Below, piece after piece: positions 48,226 through 56,702 of a stretch of DNA of 56,702 bases. This DNA is from a virus (lineage: Duplodnaviria; Caudoviricetes), in the IMG/VR virus record IMGVR_UViG_3300039668_000004, positions 1 through 56,702 of that record; one strand, written 5' to 3'. The stretch's first letter is position 1. Each line of letters starts with the position of its first letter. Made by a program: the position numbers and the translations under genes. The notes below the pieces were generated by a model. The model saw only the letters and a list, made by a program, of their open reading frames with translations. It was not told the origin of the DNA and searched no databases.

Positions 48226-49891
48226 GAAAGTATTTTGGAGCGCGCCGCGCGTCATTGATACCTCGATTGGCAGGCGGCGAGTGCGAACGTGGACGATTCC
48301 CGCGCGCTCTGCCTTCTGGCAGGAGTGGCGAACGGGCACGCTGCGGCAGCAGGGCTACACCGTGAGCAAGTGGCAGGGCGAATGGATTGTGACCGAATGG
48401 CGATTGCCAGACGGCAGCGAGAGCAGCGGGGCGCGCAGCGCGACAGCAGCAGCGCAGCAGAGCCAGCGCACAGAGCACGCGATTGATCAGGCTGAGGTGG
48501 ATTTGCCGAAGGCGCTGCAGCGGCGGTTTGATCGAATCATAAAACCGATCTACGACCGCATCCTGCAGGAAACGGGCGAGGACTTTTCGTATCAGTTTCC
48601 TTCCATCAAGCGGCTGGCGATTGCGGTGGAGGCGTTCGACGGTGCTCTGGACGCGAGCGACACCGGCGTTGGCAAAACTCCGGTCGCTTGCGCGGTGGCG
48701 CGGCTGCTTGACCGCGATCTGTTTGTGATCTGTCCCAAGAACGTCATTCCTCCGTGGGAGCGCATGGCGCAGCTTTTCGGTGTGCGCCTCACGGCGATCA
48801 ACTATGAAATGCTGCGCACCGGCCGCACGGAGTTCGGCTATTGGGCGGAAGATCACGGCAACAAGAAGCGGAAGAAACCGTTTCGGAAATTCGTTTTCGA
48901 TTTGGATCCGCGAACGCGGCTGTTCGTGTTCGACGAGTGCCACCGGATGAAGGATTACACGACGCTCAACAGCGCGATGGGAGTGGCGGCAATCGACGCG
49001 CAATACAAAGTCATGGCGCTGTCGGCCACCGCTGCTGACAACCCGATGCACATGAAATTCGTCGCGCTACTGACAGGTCTGATCAGACACCCGAATCACT
49101 TTTACGGCTGGATGACTGAGAACGGCGTGTGCAAGGGCCGCTTCGGTCTGCAGTTCGTTGGCGGGCGCGAGGTAGTGTCTCGCATCCATCGGCAAATCTT
49201 TCCGTTGCACGGCTCGCGCATCAGGATTGCCGACCTTGGAGATCGCTTTCCGGAAACGAGAATCATCAGTGAGGCTTACGCGGTCGAGGACCCTGCGCAG
49301 ATCAATGCGATCTACGAGGAAATGCACGCTGAGATCGCAAAGCTGGAACGATCAAAGGAGGCAGACACCGGCGCGAGCATCCTTGTCGCGCTGCTGCGCG
49401 CGCGGCAGCAGGTGGAGCTCCTGAAAGTGCCGACCTTTATCCAGATGGCGCAGGACGGAATCGCAGAAGGCATGAGCGTGGTTGTCGCGCTCAACTTCAC
49501 CGACTCGATCACAGCGTTGGCGCGGCGGTTGAACACAACCAATCTGCTGACAGGCGAGACACCTGACGATCAGCGGCAGGAGATGATTGATCGCTTCAAT
49601 CGCGACGATGAAACGCTGCTAGTGATGAACGTCAAACTCGGTGTCGGCATCGGCTTGCACGGCACGCGCAATGGATTGACGCGGCTCGGCCTGATCAGTC
49701 CAACCTTCAGCGCACCGGACTTGAAGCAGATGATTGGCCGCTTCCCGCGTGGAGGCGGCGCGCGATCAATCGTCAAGATCGTCTGGGCTGCCGGCACGGT
49801 TGAGGAAAACGCCTGCGACAAAGTGCGCACGCGGCTGCAGCGGATTTCTATTTTCAATGACGGCCAGCTGGATGAAGCTTTGGCGATTTAG
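48206..49891 (+). CDS. Superfamily 2 helicase
   Basis: DTGVGKT, VICPK, FDECH, LSAT, GVGIGL, QMIGRFPR. Confidence 0.92.
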   Translation: MNGFDIEKVFWSAPRVIDTSIGRRRVRTWTIPARSAFWQEWRTGTLRQQGYTVSKWQGEWIVTEWRLPDGSESSGARSATAAAQQSQRTEHAIDQAEVDLPKALQRRFDRIIKPIYDRILQETGEDFSYQFPSIKRLAIAVEAFDGALDASDTGVGKTPVACAVARLLDRDLFVICPKNVIPPWERMAQLFGVRLTAINYEMLRTGRTEFGYWAEDHGNKKRKKPFRKFVFDLDPRTRLFVFDECHRMKDYTTLNSAMGVAAIDAQYKVMALSATAADNPMHMKFVALLTGLIRHPNHFYGWMTENGVCKGRFGLQFVGGREVVSRIHRQIFPLHGSRIRIADLGDRFPETRIISEAYAVEDPAQINAIYEEMHAEIAKLERSKEADTGASILVALLRARQQVELLKVPTFIQMAQDGIAEGMSVVVALNFTDSITALARRLNTTNLLTGETPDDQRQEMIDRFNRDDETLLVMNVKLGVGIGLHGTRNGLTRLGLISPTFSAPDLKQMIGRFPRGGGARSIVKIVWAAGTVEENACDKVRTRLQRISIFNDGQLDEALAI

Positions 49892-50015
49892 TCTCTGGCA
49901 GGATTTGTCCACCTGCCCGCGCGCTTGCTGCTCACGGCCTTAGCCTCCTGAGCGATGGAACAGGGCACAGGCGCGCGTCAGGTGGACAACCAAAAACAAG
50001 AAAGGCAAAAACGAA

Positions 50016-51461
50016 ATGGAGTGGATAACATGGCATCACCCGCGGAGCGGCAATCGCACGACCCGCGCGCACGCTGCCAGTCAGTTTCTCAGTAATCGCA
50101 CCGAGTGCGGCTGGCCGATTGGCTCGCTGACCGCGAACGCGCCGCGCACGCTGCCGCGCTGCGCTGCTTGTGTGGCGGCGATTGGAAAAAGCAACGAGGA
50201 AAAAAGGAGGCTCAGATGATGTGCAACTTTTGCACGCTGCAGCAGATCAAAGCGAACGCGAAGGCGAAAGGTCAGACGATCACGGTGCTGGCAGACGGAA
50301 CGGCGAGCAAAAACGTTTACGTGCATCCGAAAGGCGTCGATGTGCGCGCGCTGAGCGATCAGCGGCGCTTGGAATACTTCACGGCGTGGCTGGACGATCT
50401 CACGCCAGAGTGCGTGTGCTGAAGCGAAGAACGGCCAGTGACCGCCTCGCGCTGCACGGCCCGCATAAACAGACCAATGCAGATGGAAACCGGTCTGGAT
50501 AATCACGTTCCGGAGAACGGAAAACGGCAAGACCACGAAAGAAACTCTGCCGGCGTGTGACCGCTGCCTGGCCGAAGCCAGAGAAGACAAGACAATTAAC
50601 CATCATTATCACCGCCAGAGGAGAAAGATTAACTACCAGAAATTCACGGAGGCAACATGACCGAATATCCTGCGCCTAAAGCATGTCCGCGTTGCGCCTC
50701 TCGACGTATTGGACAAGTCGGCATTGCTCGATGGCATTGCAATTCTTGCAGTAAACGGTGGTCCGTAAAGAAAAGATCGAAATGACAGGCCAACTCATTC
50801 GGATTGATCAGATTGATTTCCATGCCGCGTCGGTCGGTTCGCCGAGAAGCCCGAGCGCATGGAAACTCACATGATTACGTATCTACTCGAAGCGCTCCGT
50901 TGGGCATCCGACCAGCCGTGTAAACCGGACAACTGCGGCACTTGCGAGCGCAAACGAGCAAGCGCGCCCTCACAGTGCCCGTGCAGCGAGTTTGTTTGGC
51001 GCTCCGCTTATCATCACCCTCCGAGCGGCTGCACTTGGAGAGCGGGGCGAGTAGCCCTGTTGCAGCCCGCTAGAACCCGTTAAACGGGTCGGATTTCATC
51101 ACTTGGGGCCTTCCCAAGTGAACGCTGGGCGCGCTGCGCTCTGCTGCGCTGATCAGCGCGCCCAGTAACCAATGGCAGCGCAGCATCACACAACGAAAGG
51201 AAAACAAGATGAAAAAGAAAAGCGAAGTCAGCACCGGAGGCGAACGCCATGGCGCTTGATCAAAGCGAAACCAAGCACGTTCCGCTGATCGAATCTGAGC
51301 GCGTGGCGGTCGTGACCTCGGTGCGAAACTCGATTGATCTCTACGCGCGCTACGTCACGCTCCGGCCAGAATCACCGGAGATGAAACGCAAGCAGGGACA
51401 GAAACGCCGCCAACTCGGTTTGCTCAGAACCGCGCTGACGAAATTGAAAGGAGCGAAATAA
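50016..51461 (+). other. Small hypothetical CDS (50016-50219, ~50216-50422, 50657-50785 Zn-ribbon, 50859-51083, 51249-51461)
   Basis: Short + strand ORFs, several with CxxC pairs. Confidence 0.5.
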
Positions 51462-51682
51462 ATTGGAACCGCTCACAGAGGATCAAGTGCTCGACCGCGC
51501 GCGCGATTGGGCACATCTGCACAAGAATCCGAAAACGCGCGGCGACATGGACAAGCTGCTTGAGGGCCTTAGCAAGCCCGATCAGCGGCGAGTTTACCTT
51601 TGTGGCCAGCGCATCGCAGGCGGCTTGCCATACAAGGTGTTGCCGCGCGTTCAACCACCAACCAAACGAAAGGAGGTCTCAG

Positions 51683-51916
51683 ATGGGAAACCGAATCAAG
51701 GAGCGCAGCGACGGAAGGCTGCCGCTGCAGAAGGCTCTCCGGCTCCTGAAAAGAAAAAAGCCGTGGGCGCCGCTGGCGTCCCTCCGCAGAGCAGTAACCG
51801 AAGGTCGCGTTCCAGCCGTGCGGAGTAGCACGGCAAAAAAGGCACGCTACTATGTCACCGTCGCAGATTTGGAAGCGGCATTGCCCGTCCAAGTGAGCGG
51901 TGACGCTGCAGTGTAA
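51683..51916 (+). CDS. Excisionase/MerR-type HTH DNA-binding protein
   Basis: LASLRRAVTEGRVPAVR..YYVTVADLEAAL; AAGGAGG RBS. Confidence 0.6.
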   Translation: MGNRIKERSDGRLPLQKALRLLKRKKPWAPLASLRRAVTEGRVPAVRSSTAKKARYYVTVADLEAALPVQVSGDAAV

Positions 51917-52008
51917 ACCAACAAAAAGACGCCGCGAACTTTCGACTGTCGCAACGAGGCGACGGTGTTAATCATTCGCGGCGTCCCACAAGAAAGGAAA
52001 ACAGCAAG

Positions 52009-53169
52009 ATGAAAAGCACAGAGCAGAACGCAGAGCGCGCTACACCGCGCGAATCAGCAGAGCAATCTTCCGGAAGTGCGAAGGACGCACAGCCGAGAAG
52101 TTTAGTCAACAAGCTGGTCGAAATCCTCGCTGATCTCGGCCCTGTTGAAAAGCGAGGCCGCAACGAGCACTTCAAATACAATTACGTGAGCGAAGGGCAG
52201 ATGATGGCGGAGCTGCGCGATCGGTTGAGTTCGCGCGGAATCTTCCTCTTTACCAGCGTGGAGGAAATCACGCCGCACTACGGAGCGAACGGCGAGGCGA
52301 AAGGAGGCGTGTTTGTTTGCGTGAAAACCAAGCACACCTTCCGCGATGTAGAAACTGGCGAGGAGGAGGTGGTGTTCAGCGGCGGTGTCGGTTGGGACAG
52401 CGGCGACAAAGGCGCATACAAAGCGATCACTGGCGCGACCAAATACGCGCTCATGAAAAACTTCCTCGTCACAGACGAGATCAACGACCCTGAATCAAGC
52501 GGGCGCGGACCGGCAGGGAGAACCGCACCAGGAGCAGTTGGCCACCGTCGCACGCGCGCCTACGACGAGGAAGGCAGCGAAGGCAACAAGCAGGCGACCA
52601 AAGACCTCGATGAACTCAAATCGTTCCTCAGCGAGAACAAGATTCCAGACGGCTTCTTGCTCGCGCTGCTGCGAGAGAAGCAGTTGATCGACGGTCGCGT
52701 CAAGGAAGTCGGCGCGATCAATCCGGGCATCCTGCGGCGGGTGCTGGCGAAATCATCGCTGGCCAATCTGATCAAAGCATGGGCAGCGCAGCAGGCGGGC
52801 AGCAGCAGCAGCACAGAGCCGCCGAAGGGCAAGGCTGCGCCGCCAGCGAAAACCGAACGCGGGCCATTCGACAATGGCGAGCCGGTGCGCACGAGCGAGG
52901 GCGATCAATCGCGCAGTCGTCAGCCAGTGCTCGACGACATGCACCCGCGCGCTCGCTTGGAAAAGGCAGGCTACCGCGACTGGCGCGAGGTCGAAATTCA
53001 CTTCGGCGATAAAAAGGATACGCCGTTAGGAAAGCTGACTACTCGGTCGCTGGCGTGGTGGATTGAGAATTACAAACCAAAGCAGTTCAAGAACCGCTGG
53101 CAGCCCAAGGATATGATCTTTGACGCTGCGCTCTGCTTGGCTGACGCGGAGATGAAGGGAGGCGAATGA
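52009..53169 (+). CDS. ERF-family ssDNA-annealing protein
   Basis: KRGRNEHFKYNYV, GWDSGDKGAYKAITGATKYALMKNF..D.E. Confidence 0.88.
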   Translation: MKSTEQNAERATPRESAEQSSGSAKDAQPRSLVNKLVEILADLGPVEKRGRNEHFKYNYVSEGQMMAELRDRLSSRGIFLFTSVEEITPHYGANGEAKGGVFVCVKTKHTFRDVETGEEEVVFSGGVGWDSGDKGAYKAITGATKYALMKNFLVTDEINDPESSGRGPAGRTAPGAVGHRRTRAYDEEGSEGNKQATKDLDELKSFLSENKIPDGFLLALLREKQLIDGRVKEVGAINPGILRRVLAKSSLANLIKAWAAQQAGSSSSTEPPKGKAAPPAKTERGPFDNGEPVRTSEGDQSRSRQPVLDDMHPRARLEKAGYRDWREVEIHFGDKKDTPLGKLTTRSLAWWIENYKPKQFKNRWQPKDMIFDAALCLADAEMKGGE

Positions 53170-53441
53170 GCGACAACTGCCGAAGCTGCGGCGCGAAGGT
53201 GATCTGGACAGAGACTGAGCGCGGTCGCCGGATGCCAGTGGACAAGGAGGCGTCGCCGGAAGGCAACCTCCTTCTCATGCACAGAGCGGGCCGCGCGCCG
53301 CTGGCGGTGTATCAAACCAAGGAGGCGTTGGAGGCGCTCGCAAAGGAAGGCGGGCTGCAGCAGCATCGCCTCTACGTATCGCACTTCGCCACCTGTCCAC
53401 AGAGCAAGAAATGGAAAACCAAGAAAGGAGGTAAGCAATGA
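53166..53441 (+). CDS. Small Zn-binding protein
   Basis: CRSCGAKVIW..GRRMPVD..SHFATCP. Confidence 0.7.
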   Translation: MSDNCRSCGAKVIWTETERGRRMPVDKEASPEGNLLLMHRAGRAPLAVYQTKEALEALAKEGGLQQHRLYVSHFATCPQSKKWKTKKGGKQ

Positions 53442-54583
53442 CGAAGAGACGCAAACGGAAAAGACCGGACGCGCCACCTGACCCGATTGAAGACGAGCGC
53501 GGAGGGCTGCCTTCGGCGAGCGGTTTCGATTCGGAGTTCCGGTGTCCTGGTAAACGCGCGCTGTGCAAACGGTTGCCACGCGAGGAAGATCAGGCGGCGG
53601 CTGAGCGCGGCAAAAGAATCCATGACGCGCTGCAGGCGGGCGACTTTAGCAACCTCGTCGAGAACGAGCAGCGCACAGCCTCGCGCATCGCGTATGGCGA
53701 GAGTGAGATCGTGCATGAGCATGGTTTCGAGGGCGCAGAGGTCACGTTCGAGGAACGGATATGGGACTTCGACGATGCCTTCAATCGCACATGGAGCGGG
53801 CGCGTAGATCGCTACGATTGGCAACCGGACAAGCGGCGGCTGCTGATCATCGACGCGAAAAGCGGCTGGACATCACCGCCTCCGATTCACGACAACTGGC
53901 AGGTTCGGAGCGAGGCTGCGCTGCTCTGCGAAAACTTCTCAGCAGAGGAAGTGGTCGCTGGCCTGATACACCCGCACCATCCTGAATCGCTTTGGGAGGC
54001 GAAGGTTTATACGGCTGAGGAAATGCGACACCTTCTGGACATCGTTCGGGAGAATGTCGCAGCGATCACGCCGGACGCGCGGCGGATACCTGGGCCAATC
54101 CAATGCCAATGGTGCGAGGCGAAAAGGATCTGTCCCGAATACAAAGCGGCCAGCGCGGAACTCGAACAAGCGATTGCCGACGAGATCGCTGACCAAGGTT
54201 TCACAGCGATCAACCGGCGCGACAAACACGAACGCGGCAATCACGTTCGCGCGTTGAAGGAGCAGATGAAGAACATCGAATTCATCCTCGATCAATACGT
54301 TGAACTCGCTGAGCGCGACCCTGACGGTGTCGCTGGCTGGCGGCTGGCGCGGAAAATGACGCGCAGCGTGACCAATGAGATCAAGGCGATGGACCTCGCG
54401 CGCGCGGAGTTTGGGCCTGATGCGCTTTACGCTGCGCTCAAATTCAGTCTGCCCGCACTCGAGGCGCAGCTGGCGAAGACTGCGACAGCGAAGGAGGCGA
54501 AGGCATCGGTCATTCGCGTCCTTGGGCCGCTGATCAAATACACCAAGTCCAAGAATTACTTGGAGGAAGCGAGGTCGCTGTGA
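53438..54583 (+). CDS. PD-(D/E)xK exonuclease (Cas4/DUF2800-like)
   Basis: SAS..CPG, GKRIHD, SGRVD..IIDAKSG, Q, CQWCEAKRICP. Confidence 0.85.
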   Translation: MTKRRKRKRPDAPPDPIEDERGGLPSASGFDSEFRCPGKRALCKRLPREEDQAAAERGKRIHDALQAGDFSNLVENEQRTASRIAYGESEIVHEHGFEGAEVTFEERIWDFDDAFNRTWSGRVDRYDWQPDKRRLLIIDAKSGWTSPPPIHDNWQVRSEAALLCENFSAEEVVAGLIHPHHPESLWEAKVYTAEEMRHLLDIVRENVAAITPDARRIPGPIQCQWCEAKRICPEYKAASAELEQAIADEIADQGFTAINRRDKHERGNHVRALKEQMKNIEFILDQYVELAERDPDGVAGWRLARKMTRSVTNEIKAMDLARAEFGPDALYAALKFSLPALEAQLAKTATAKEAKASVIRVLGPLIKYTKSKNYLEEARSL

Positions 54584-55460
54584 CGCCTGAGACATTGCGG
54601 CTGTCGAGTGAAAAGCAGTTGGAAAGCTACCGGACTTTTCTGGCAGAGCGGCGGCAAAAACTGCGGGTGCTGTATCACTCCTTCCGTGGCTACGGCTCAG
54701 CGATGCAGCAAAAAGGGCTGGTCAAATGGAGCGGCGAAAAACGCGGCTACGTCTCGGAGGTGTGTTACATCGGCAGCGGCTTCGGCGCGAAGGAACGCGC
54801 GCTGGTCAAATCGCTGCTGCAGCTGGAAAAGAACATCACCCAACAGGCGCTGCTGCTGCTTGAAATGGAACATTCAATTGATTGTGAGGAGGTAAAACGA
54901 AATGAGCGAGGACAAGCGGAGAGTGTTCGGCAAGAAACTGATCGCGGCGGCGCTGGACACGTTTGAGGCGGCATACAAGCTGCACGAACGCGGCCAGAGC
55001 GAACAGGCGCTGCTGATCACCTTCGACATCTACGCGGCTGGCGACAGCTACGCGCCAGAGATCGCAGCGATGCACCGCGCGGCGATAAAGTCGGCGGTGG
55101 AGGCGTGCGACAAACAAATTCCGCTGCTGCTGGCTGGCTATTGGCTGGAACGGCGGCTTGCTGATCGAATGGAGAAAACCATCAATGAAGAAAATCAAAC
55201 GTAATCTGACGCACTCGCTGATCTACTCCGCGCGCGCTGATCGCTGGAAATGCAAGTGCGGCTACACGCTTGGCGACGGTCACGCGCAACTGTATGCGCG
55301 CTGCAAACTGGCGCAGCCGGAAGCTTATCATGAATTCAAGATAAGCTCCGCGCCCAAGGCAAAGAACCATGCGAAGAACCCGACTAAAAAGGAGCAACGC
55401 CAAACGGCGCGAACAGGAGCAGGAATATCACAAGCGGAGGCTGATCTTTTTAATCGCTAA
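54580..55460 (+). other. Three hypothetical CDS (54580-54966, 54902-55204, 55185-55460)
   Basis: Overlapping + strand ORFs. Confidence 0.55.
55322..55347. repeat. 26-bp palindrome, copy 7
   Basis: AGCTTATCATGAATTCAAGATAAGCT inside ORF 55185-55460, where it reads AYHEFKIS. Confidence 0.95.
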
Positions 55461-55665
55461 TCCGATTTGCCAGTTTTGCCGCACGCTGCCGAGCACTTGC
55501 ATTGAGCACACGGCTGGCCGCGACGGTCGCTGGCTGAACGACGAACGTTATTGGCGCGCGGTCTGCGGGGCGTGCGCCGATTACATCACCCGCAGAGGAA
55601 AAGCTGCAGCGCAGCGCGGATTCAAAGTGCTGCGCCGCATATCACAGAAAGGAAACCAACCATGA
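55369..55665 (+). CDS. Small HNH-like / Zn-binding protein
   Basis: PICQFC..CIEHTAGR..VCGAC. Confidence 0.55.
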   Translation: MRRTRLKRSNAKRREQEQEYHKRRLIFLIANPICQFCRTLPSTCIEHTAGRDGRWLNDERYWRAVCGACADYITRRGKAAAQRGFKVLRRISQKGNQP

Positions 55666-56213
55666 GTAAATCGCATCGCATTCCAAAGCGATTAAAGCAA
55701 CGGCCGCAATGGCGCGGGCTGCCGATTCCATACATCGCGCTGATCAAGGCAGACGGTCAGCCGGACTTCCGAGTGACCGACGAGCAAAAACGCCGCACAG
55801 TGATGATCAATCGCTGGTGCCAATTGTGCGGCGACCCGTTAGGGCGCTGGATGTTTTTCACCGGAGGGCCTGATTGCGCGAAGGCCAACCATTACTTTGA
55901 GCCAGCAGCGCACTTGGACTGTTTGATCTACGCCATGCAGGTGTGCCCGTTCATCGTCGGCAGGATTGATCACGCGGACACAGACAAGATCATTGCCGAC
56001 AATCCGACCTTGCGCATTAAGGAGGACGCGAACTTCTCCACCACGCGCAACCCGCTCTGGATAATCAAAAAGGCAATCGCCTACAGCTACGCCCGAACCT
56101 CTGACAACACGATCATGCTGGTGCCAGCAGTCGAAAAAGAAACTGCGCCGCTGCATCCTGAGACAATGAACGCGCAGGACTGGCAGCGCGTGATGGAGGA
56201 ACTGATGAAATGA
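55662..56213 (+). CDS. Hypothetical Cys/His protein
   Basis: RGLPIPY..CQLCG..EPAAHLDC..VCPF. Confidence 0.65.
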   Translation: MSKSHRIPKRLKQRPQWRGLPIPYIALIKADGQPDFRVTDEQKRRTVMINRWCQLCGDPLGRWMFFTGGPDCAKANHYFEPAAHLDCLIYAMQVCPFIVGRIDHADTDKIIADNPTLRIKEDANFSTTRNPLWIIKKAIAYSYARTSDNTIMLVPAVEKETAPLHPETMNAQDWQRVMEELMK

Positions 56214-56698
56214 GCGAGGCTGTCACCATCTGCGCAGATACGCCGTGCGGCTCCTGCCCGTGGAGGAAAAGTAATCGCGGCAAGGACTCGCCGAAAGTCG
56301 AGGGCTTCCGATATCGGTGGTATTCGCGGACAAACCAAAACCGGCTGTGGCGCGGTTTGCGCAACGGCGAGCGCATGACCTGTCACCCGACCGATTCGCG
56401 GCATCCACAGATCAACGGCAGGGACTTGCCAGACACGGTTCAGACCCGCGAGTGCGCGGGCGCGCTGATTCTCGTTCAGCGGGAAATGATGATCGCTCAG
56501 GCGATGCCAGACAAAGGTTTCAAGACGTATCGGCGCGCGCGGCCTTTCGGCCTCACGCTCTGCGGGATGCGTGTGATCGTAGAGCGCGTGCTGTTCGCGG
56601 GCCTGTCATCGTGCAAGATGGGGCGACCGGACTTGAACGACGCCGACGTTCACTTTGAACCGCTCGGCAAATGGAAAGGAGTTCCAAAATGCAAATGA
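56210..56698 (+). CDS. Cys/His-rich protein (DUF6283-like)
   Basis: PCGSCPWR..TCH..ECAGA. Confidence 0.55.
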   Translation: MSEAVTICADTPCGSCPWRKSNRGKDSPKVEGFRYRWYSRTNQNRLWRGLRNGERMTCHPTDSRHPQINGRDLPDTVQTRECAGALILVQREMMIAQAMPDKGFKTYRRARPFGLTLCGMRVIVERVLFAGLSSCKMGRPDLNDADVHFEPLGKWKGVPKCK

Positions 56699-56702
56699 CA
56701 GC
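56576..56702. repeat. Terminal direct repeat, right copy
   Basis: Identical to 1-127. Confidence 0.95.

Noticed and set aside
2455-55347. Palindromes as a CRISPR array; ORF 53438 as a cas4 locus
   Set aside because: Copies are kilobases apart with genes between them, there are no spacers and no other cas genes. The nuclease sits beside ERF as a recombination exonuclease.
1-56702. Host assignment, and apparent enrichment of GATC/GCGC/GCAGC words as modification targets
   Set aside because: These are visual impressions only. They need homology searches and Markov-corrected k-mer counts that I cannot run.

Overview
This window is a complete, circularly assembled tailed-phage genome. Positions 1-127 are identical to 56576-56702, most likely an assembler overlap, giving a unit length of about 56,575 bp. 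Almost all genes lie on the + strand. It carries a lambda-like packaging and head module (Nu1/gpA-type terminase, portal, Clp-type protease, decoration protein, gpE-type capsid) and a P2-like contractile tail and baseplate with an embedded holin/amidase pair. The replication and recombination set is minimal (HTH initiator, SF2 helicase, ERF annealase, PD-(D/E)xK nucleases). I recognised no integrase, DNA polymerase or tRNA. Three things stand out. (1) An 8-gene 7-deazaguanine DNA-modification cassette (DpdL-like decarboxylase, radical SAM/SPASM, GT-B glycosyltransferase, DpdA-like transglycosylase, ParB-like protein, QueD, QueE, PRT-FolE fusion; no QueC) that could make a hypermodified base beyond plain dDG. 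(2) Seven dispersed copies of a 26-bp palindrome, AGCTTATCWTGAATTCAWGATAAGCT, two of which bracket that cassette. (3) An ORF-poor region of about 0.85 kb (42.7-43.56 kb) that folds by eye into a large multibranched, pseudoknotted RNA. It starts at a sigma70-like promoter and ends in a type II hammerhead ribozyme, and a second hammerhead-like motif lies at 46.7 kb. All family calls come from motif recognition by eye; no database searches were run.
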